A stretch of DNA of 64,000 nucleotides from Candidatus Poribacteria bacterium (GTDB lineage: Bacteria; Poribacteria; WGA-4E; WGA-3G): assembly GCA_965242965.1 (NCBI GenBank), contig OZ251518.1, positions 3,776,001 to 3,840,000 of the forward strand, read 5' to 3'. This document shows, piece after piece, positions 9,085 to 16,300 of the stretch. The notes beneath the pieces are model-generated. The model was not told where the DNA came from and did not search any database. It worked only from the letters and a program-made list of their open reading frames with translations. Every line of letters starts with the position of its first letter. The first letter of the stretch is position 1. A program made the translations under genes and the position numbers.

Positions 9085-10515
9085 GTGAAGGTGCATTATT
9101 CAATCGTGAATTACGCCGAGATTGCCGAAAACTCCGATTTTAGGCTAGCGGCGGAGTATTATCATCCCGTCAGTTTGGCTATTCATCGCAAAATCAGGGA
9201 TAGCGGCGGCATCTCTTTTTTTCAGTGCCTCACGAAATTCTCATCCGGGAAAAACCTGCCGCAAACTCCGACTGGCAAATTCAAGTTCATTAGAACCCAA
9301 AATGTCAGGACTATCCTCGTCAGCGATAACGGAATGAGTCATACCGATAGGGCAGACGAATTAACTGAAATCGGGGAATTGCTTTTTGTGAGAGTCGGGG
9401 ATGTTGGCGATAGTTCTGTCGTCACGCCCACCTCGGCCAACAGCACGGTGAGTGATAATGTGCTACGGCTAAAAGTCACAGGAATAAACCCGTTTTTCTG
9501 CTCGGTTTTCTTTAATTCCACAGTCGGGCAGACATATTTCAAAAGAGTCTTCAAGGGCACTAGCCAAGGGTTAATTAGCCGCGAAAATTTCAGGGACATC
9601 CTCATCCCGCAATTCTCGGAAAAATTCCAAAATGCAATGGAATTTTTCTGTCTGGAAGCGGATTCTCTGCACCAGCAGAGCGTTCTCAAGTCCAGTGATG
9701 CCGAAAAACTGTTACTTGTTGAACTTAACCTCGCCAACTGGCAGCCGAAACCACAACTCGCCTTCGTCAAAAACTATTCGGATGTTCAGGGGGCAGAACG
9801 CTTTGACGCAGACTACTTCCAACCCAGATACGATGACATCGTCAACGCTATTAAAGGCTATCCGGGAGGTTGGGATACGTTAGGAAACCTCGTCACGTTG
9901 GAAAAGTGCGTTGAGGTGGGTAGCCGGAAATACCGGGAGACAGGCATCCCCTTCGTGCGCGTGAGCAATCTGAGTCCGTTTGAAATCACGCACGAGAAAT
10001 ACATCTCGGAAGAGTTGTACGCGGAACTTGAGCAACACCAACCGAAACAGGGAGAAATCCTGCTCAGCAAGGATGCAACACCCGGCATCGCGCATCATCT
10101 GCGCGAACAGCCGACTAAAATGATTCCCGCAGGCGGCATCCTCCGATTGAAGCACAAATCCGAACTCGTCCGAACTGCCTATCTGACGCTAGTACTCAAT
10201 TCGATTTTGGGGCAAGAACAGGTGAGTCGCGATGTGGGAGGTTCGGTAATTCCGCATTGGCGGCCATCTCAGGTGGCAGAAACGCTCATTCCTATTCTGC
10301 CTGATGAGAAGCAGGCGGAGATCGAGCGGAAAGTCACCGAATCCTTTAACCTGCGCCAACAATCCAAGCACCTGTTGGAATGCGCAAAACGCGCCGTGGA
10401 CATCGCAATTGAGGCGGATGAAGAGACGGCTCTGAGATGGTTGGAAACCGGCTCCAAATCTACCAACGCTGCACCGGGAGTGCTTCGATTTCCTCAAAAT
10501 GCGCATCCCGCGTAA
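9085..10515 (+). CDS. hsdS: Restriction specificity subunit S with two TRDs
   Basis: FRLAAEYY-TRD1-helix, then RFDADYFQP-TRD2-PDEKQAEI helix; lies directly after the R-M subunit. Confidence 0.88.
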   Translation: MKVHYSIVNYAEIAENSDFRLAAEYYHPVSLAIHRKIRDSGGISFFQCLTKFSSGKNLPQTPTGKFKFIRTQNVRTILVSDNGMSHTDRADELTEIGELLFVRVGDVGDSSVVTPTSANSTVSDNVLRLKVTGINPFFCSVFFNSTVGQTYFKRVFKGTSQGLISRENFRDILIPQFSEKFQNAMEFFCLEADSLHQQSVLKSSDAEKLLLVELNLANWQPKPQLAFVKNYSDVQGAERFDADYFQPRYDDIVNAIKGYPGGWDTLGNLVTLEKCVEVGSRKYRETGIPFVRVSNLSPFEITHEKYISEELYAELEQHQPKQGEILLSKDATPGIAHHLREQPTKMIPAGGILRLKHKSELVRTAYLTLVLNSILGQEQVSRDVGGSVIPHWRPSQVAETLIPILPDEKQAEIERKVTESFNLRQQSKHLLECAKRAVDIAIEADEETALRWLETGSKSTNAAPGVLRFPQNAHPA

Positions 10516-10526
10516 CACAGGTACTT
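10460..10526 (-). pseudogene. C-terminal remnant of a VapC/PIN toxin
   Basis: Encodes CVTRDAHFEEIEALPVQRW-stop, a typical PIN C-terminus (LVTRDxHF...W). It is in frame with the upstream antitoxin once the intervening element is removed. Confidence 0.65.
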
Positions 10527-11304
10527 GAGGGGGTTTCATAAATCCCCGTAGGAGAGACCTCCTGGTCTCGATGCAATCGGGCGGCGCGCCTACCGGGGCC
10601 GCGGCGGCAGAAAGCCCCCCTCATCGTAGGGCGAGGGCCCTCGCATGCCATCTGCGCATGCGAGTGGGTTTCCCTCGCCATCGTCCGCGCAATTCAACGA
10701 TCGCGGGGGACAGGCCCCCGCACTACAAAAAAAACGGTCCTTCACCGTAGGGCGAGGGCCTGTCCCTCGCCATCGCTCGCGCTACGCAAAAAACGTCTTT
10801 TGTTCTCTTAGGTCCGTAGGACCTTAATGTCTATAGCACTCGGCGATCCGAAGAGCTCTAAGGTCCTTTAGGTCCTTAATGTGTTTTGCCATGCGGCGCG
10901 TGTTTTTATTAAGGACCTAAAGGACCTTGAAAACAAGACGACACGTGTATCTATAGACATTAAGGTCCTAAAGGACCTAAAACGCATCGTGACGATGGAC
11001 GCTCGCGGGGGACAGGCCCCCGCGCTACGGGCGGAGAAAATCCCCTCCTTCATCGTAGGGCGAGGGCCTGTCCCTCGCCAGCGTCCGCTCGCCAGGCCCT
11101 GTAGGTCAGGATCGCCTGATCCTGACCTGTTTGTGATCAGGCGATCACAAACTACAGATGGGGAAACACGCATCGTGACGCTGGACAACGCGGGGACAGG
11201 CCCCCGCGCTACGGGAACATCGAGACCAGGAGGTCTCTCCTACCGAGAAGAAATCGAGCACCGAGGTCTCTCCTACCGAACACATCGAAATATGAAACAC
11301 CCTC
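10527..11304. mobile_element. Non-autonomous TIR element (MITE-like) filled with GTAG-REP modules, copy 1
   Basis: Ends GAGGGGGTTTCATA...TATGAAACACCCTC; flanking duplication AGGTACTT/AGGTAATT (7/8 match). Confidence 0.85.
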
Positions 11305-11536
11305 AGGTAATTACCGTTCTGAAGCATTGCCCTGCCCCCCACTCTTCCTCAATTGCTTGCTTCATTTCTGCAATGTCTTCCGGCGGAAACAGGCCTACCA
11401 ATTTGACCAGGTCTTTCCCCGGGGTGCCCTTGATTGGTTCGCCGAGGAGGTCGCGTGTGTAATCCAATACCTGCTTCTGTTGCATCGGCGAGAGTTTATC
11501 AAGCCGCGTCAGGAGTTCGTGTTTCACATTGTCCAT
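11303..11536 (-). CDS. DUF2281-like putative antitoxin with an altered C-terminus
   Basis: LDKLSPMQQKQVLDY...GTPGKDLVKLVGLFPPEDIAEMKQAIEE pattern; AGGAGG RBS; its stop codon is formed at the element junction. Confidence 0.65.
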   Translation of the reverse strand: MDNVKHELLTRLDKLSPMQQKQVLDYTRDLLGEPIKGTPGKDLVKLVGLFPPEDIAEMKQAIEEEWGAGQCFRTVIT

Positions 11537-11607
11537 TGCAATGCCTCCTTAAAAACCATTTGATAGCCATTTTACCATACCCTATATGAAAAAACAATGA
11601 AAAAACC

Positions 11608-11637
11608 TTGACAAAACGTCCTGTCATAGTGTAAAAT
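11608..11637 (+). promoter_or_regulatory. Sigma70-type promoter
   Basis: TTGACA-18 bp-TAAAAT upstream of the PhyH gene. Confidence 0.55.
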
Positions 11638-11703
11638 TTAGTAATCTCTATAAACGTTGCACTTCGCTGGAGTGCTTCATCGGAAGAATTACGGAGGTTT
11701 ACC

Positions 11704-12486
11704 ATGCTTACGCAAGCCCAGGTTGATTTTTATCACGAAAACGGCTACCTCAAAGTGGAGCAACTCTTCACACCGGAGGAAACGAACGAGCTCGCATCTG
11801 AAATGGTGCGCATTATTAACAACTGGGGACAGGAGACGATCGGCTGGCCCGGCCCCTGGCGCACACGCTACCTCAAAGCGGAAGACCAGGATACGACGAA
11901 GGCTGTCTTCATGCATAACCCGCATTTCTATTCGGCTACGTGGGGACGCGTGATTTTCCACGAACGGCTGACGGGTGCAGTGCAATCGCTCATCGGCGAC
12001 ACTATCCAGTGGCACCACACCGTGCTGCACGCCAAGCCGCCGGAAAAAGGCACGCCGTTCCCGATGCATCAGGACTATCCCTTCTACCCACACGATGGGC
12101 TTGACTTCGTGGATTGCCTCGTGCATCTTGACGACGCGCCTTTTGAGAGCGGCGCACTGCGGGTAGTCCCCGGCAGCCATAAGGAAGGACCGCGGGAGCA
12201 TATCACGGGTGAAGGCACCGCGCCTCATCTGCCTACCGATAAGTATCATCCGGATTTCCTAGACTCTCTCCCGATTCCGGCGAAGGCAGGCGATGTGATT
12301 TTCTTCAGTTATTGCCTCATACACTGGTCAGAGGTGAATCAGACGGAGCAGTGGCGGAAGGCGGTGCGCTTCGGGTATCATAAACCGGATATGCGTCCTG
12401 TCGGCCGCGCCCCGGAGGAGGCCTACAACAACATTGTTGCAGGCGGTTTCAAGGTGAACCCGGCGGAACGGGAGCTGCTCGCCTAG
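11704..12486 (+). CDS. Phytanoyl-CoA dioxygenase (PhyH) family Fe(II)/2-oxoglutarate dioxygenase
   Basis: FYHENGYL, KPP...HQDY, GALRVVPGSH and GDVIFF...H motifs. Confidence 0.9.
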   Translation: MLTQAQVDFYHENGYLKVEQLFTPEETNELASEMVRIINNWGQETIGWPGPWRTRYLKAEDQDTTKAVFMHNPHFYSATWGRVIFHERLTGAVQSLIGDTIQWHHTVLHAKPPEKGTPFPMHQDYPFYPHDGLDFVDCLVHLDDAPFESGALRVVPGSHKEGPREHITGEGTAPHLPTDKYHPDFLDSLPIPAKAGDVIFFSYCLIHWSEVNQTEQWRKAVRFGYHKPDMRPVGRAPEEAYNNIVAGGFKVNPAERELLA

Positions 12487-12571
12487 GCGAAAGTCGTTGG
12501 GTTTGTTCCTGCCGGCTCATTTTCGGCAAACGTGCCCGCGCGGTGTGTAAGGGAGGATGTCTCTATCGGCG

Positions 12572-12604
12572 AAAAAAAACTGCCCCACTTTCGTGGGGCA
12601 GTTT
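12572..12604 (-). terminator. Intrinsic terminator, probably the original terminator of the giant gene at 13325-19282
   Basis: The minus strand reads aaactgccccac-gaaa-gtggggcagtttttttt. Confidence 0.75.
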
Positions 12605-12614
12605 GACGTTATTT

Positions 12615-13321
12615 GAGGGGTTTCATAAATCGCTCAACGTCGCGGGGGAAACCCTCTCGGATGCGCGTGTGGCATCCGAGAGGCCCCTGCGCTACGATGA
12701 AAAAAACGCCACCCCTTCACGTAGGGCGAGGGCCTGTCCCTCGCCATGTGTCTTGCTGTCAAACCGCATCCCCCCTGTAGGGCAGGATTACCTTATCTGA
12801 CCCGTTCGGGAGCGGGCGCTCCCGAACTACAGAGGTGGGCCCGATGCCTGCCGGTATTCGTCCTCCCTCCAAGGCGGGATAAATCCCCGTAGGAGAGACC
12901 TCCCGGTCTCGATGCAATAGGGCGGCGCGCTCACCGGAGTCCCTCGCCAGCGTCCGCGCAATCCAACGCATGCGGGGGACAGGTCCGCGCACTACAAAAA
13001 AAACGGTTCTTAGGTCCGTAGGACCTTAATGTCTATAGCCCGCGCACCCGCGAAGAACTCTAAGGTCCTTTAGGTCCTTAATAGTTTTTGCCAGGGCCGC
13101 GCGTGTTTTTATTAAGGACCTAAAGGACCTTGACGTGGGCCGATACGTTTTTCTATAGACATGTAGGTCTTAAAAGACCTAAAACGCCACTCTTGACGAT
13201 GGTCAACGCGGGGGAAACCCGTTCGGATGCGCGTATGGCATCCGAGGGCCCCCGCGCTACGGGCACATTGAGACCAGGAGGTCTCTCCTACCCAGAGGAC
13301 ATTGATATATGAAACACCCTC
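12615..13321. mobile_element. Non-autonomous TIR element filled with GTAG-REP modules, copy 2
   Basis: Ends GAGGGGTTTCATA...TATGAAACACCCTC; perfect flanking duplication ACGTTATTT (12606-12614 and 13322-13330). Confidence 0.9.
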
Positions 13322-13324
13322 ACG

Positions 13325-16300
13325 TTATTTCCGTTTTTTCAGTTCCCCCAACGTCGTCAAATGCCGGTTGACAGCAGAGAAATGCCCTCTCATTTGCCGC
13401 GTCGCTAACAATTGGCGCGCACCCATAAGCGAGACATCCTCAAGCCGATAGTAGTATTCAATCCCCGGCTTCGCCGTTTTATCAACGAAGGTGTAATCTG
13501 TCCGCTCACCTGTCGTGCCGGCACCGGGGATGAGCCTCGGCGTGATAGACGTAAACTTCCCGTCGCCCGTTTCGCTCCGCAGGATGTTGAATCCGGCATT
13601 GTCCAACTCCGATGCGGTGTGCCACGTGAGCAGCACACCTGACTCGGCGCGAACAGCGCGGAAGTGCGCTAACTCCACAGGCAACGGCCCGCCGCGCCGA
13701 TAGCCCGGTGTGCCGATATCCTCCGGATGCCCATAATAGGTGTTGACATCCTTGATAGTGAGACTCGCGGCGTTCACCCAGCCGGAACGCTTCGTGCCAT
13801 CGGCGGGGAGCCCTTTCCGATAACGGCGGATTATTGAACTACGGCGGCCTTCTTCCCTTCCTGCTGGCAATTGCCACATCGGTGCGTTTTCCGCCAAGTT
13901 ACCCACCTCATCGACTAAAGTGCCTTCGCTGTCGCTGAGTGTCAGCGTGAATCCAGCGGGGCTCAACACCGTATCGCGTTGGTTTTTCATGCCGAGTGCG
14001 GCGCGATGCGCCTCGTTGTAATAGAGGCTATACCGCCGCGCCGAGGGAAAATGTTCCTCGCCGGAATTGCGACTCCCTGCAGAGAAAATGAGGAGCGTCT
14101 GATTGGGGAGCACTATCCGCTTTTCCAACGTCAACACTGCCTTCAGTTTCCCGCGAAATTCGTCGGCATCGGCATTCTGTATCTCCAGTGTCCAGCCTTT
14201 CAGGTTCACCGCCTGCGTTTGCGAACTGTTGTATAACTCTATCCACTGCGGCAGCCTGCCGTTACTACCCGCGGCGAACATCATTTCACTGACACTCACG
14301 GTGGCATCGTCAGCGAAGTCAGACGCTTTAGACTTCACGGCATCGTTAGGATATCCCGGTGTGCCGCCCGTTGCCCAAGAGACACGCACCTGCCTGTCAT
14401 AGCCGAGGCCCGTCGGGCCCGCTTTCTCCCACGCGGTTTTATGATACCCGACGACGGTGGCTTTGTCGCGCCGCCAAACGGCATCGGCGACGAGGGCTTC
14501 TTCGGTGTTGCCGCCGGGATGCCGCGTGTTCTTCAACGGCCAGATGTCCGTTTGGAAGGTTCTGGCAGTGTCGGCGATGAATGCATCGGTATCCGTGCCG
14601 CCGCCACCGGCCACATCGATGATGTTCGCCGATTTACCGTTCTGATTGCGGGCATTGCGGAGAATCAACAGGAATTGCCCATCGTTCGGAATGCGGAGTT
14701 TCGGTGCTACCAGATACAGATGCGTTGCGCCTTTCTTTTTCCCGGTCGCGTCAGGTGCTTTAGCGATGTTTTCACCGGCAGCAAGGTGCGTTTTACCCGG
14801 CGCGGTATTCGTCACCAATAAAATGCCGTTGGCGGGAAGACTATATTGCGCGCCATTTGGGATTTCGACGAGCGATTTATCCGCTTTTTCGTCATCCGCA
14901 ATGATGCTGATTTCCCAGTTTTTGAGCGGCACGGGTTTGCTCGTGACGTTGCGGAGTTCAATCCAATCATTTTCATCGTCGCTGCCATTGCCGATTTCAT
15001 TGAAAACGATAGGCGTGCGTGGCACGCGGGTTCTTGAGACGCGGGGGAGCCCGCCGCCTCCGCCTCCGCCGCCACCACCACCTCCTCCGCCACCAGAGGA
15101 TGCTTGGGTGACAGGTTCGGGTTCCGGTTCAGGTTCCGGCTCAGGTTCCGGTTCAGGTGTGCCGATAATCGGAATGTTCAGGATAGGCGGCGCATCGCCT
15201 GTCGAAATTTGAAGCGGCGTTTCCAACGGCGCATCCGGCGATAAATTCTGCGCGCGTTTGGCGGCCATCACCACAGAATTCCCATCACCGTCAACGATGT
15301 CAGAACCGACAGGAATCGTTAAACTATTCGGTTTAGGACTCACATACTGCGCATTATCCGCGCTCGTCACGGTATAAACGAATGTCACCAACGTTGAGTT
15401 CGTGTCTTCTTGCCGCGCCCAATACGCCTGCCGTTCATTTGAACCGACATAGAGGAGAATATAGGGCGGCGTGCCGGTGTATCTGACGTTGTCTTCGTCA
15501 AACGTTGCTTGCACCTCAATGACGCTTCCGGCGGTATATTGAGCGGGTGGATTCGGCGGGAATTGGAAACTGCCGGTGATGGCAGGTGGGGAGACATCCC
15601 ACGGCACAACAAGGTTTTTGCTCATATCCAAGGCGTAAGCATTCCCCGATGCCTTCGTCACACTGCCGTGATGGAGATTGAAAGTGAAAGTGCCCTCGCT
15701 TGTAGGCGTGACAGTCACCGTCCAGATATGCTGAATCACATCCGTATGAACAGGTGCACTGAGGGTTGCGGTTGCGTTGTCCTCAGCGATGAGGTTGACA
15801 TCTTCAACAGTGAATGCACCGGGGCCCGTGGTTGCGAGGGCACCCGAAAAACGGAAGGCCACGTCAAAAGTCGGCAGATTCGTAGTTTGCTGCACATTCA
15901 CGAGGGTAATTGATTCCAGCGTCAGCACCTGCGAGTCTCCCGACGTTGCCGCAGCGCATGCAACGAGAGCAGAACAGCCAGACCAGGGGCTTGTGCCTTC
16001 AGCGTTTCGGGCGCGCACCTGCACCTGATACGCCGAGTCTTGGTTTAAACCGGTGAGTATCGCTGTGGTGCTAGCATCAGCGTGATATACATCTATCCAA
16101 TCGCCCGTGGCCCCCTCGCGGTATTGAACATCGTAGCCGGTTATCTCCGGGCCGGTGTTTGCGGGTGCTGTCCATGTCACGTGTAGACTCGTAGCGGACA
16201 AAGAGAGCACTGTCGGTGCAAAGGGAGTTGAGGGAGGCTCTGCCACATCTGTAACGGTGACGACGATGATTTTGCTGACGCTCTTCGCGCGTCCATCGGT

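Noticed and set aside
769-10515. Invertase-driven hsdS shufflon or classical type I system
   Set aside because: All copies are co-oriented, no recombinase or inverted TRD cassettes are present, and there is no helicase-type HsdR in the window.
10645-11462. ORFs inside the TIR element as a possible transposase
   Set aside because: No DDE or HUH motifs; the peptides are REP translations.
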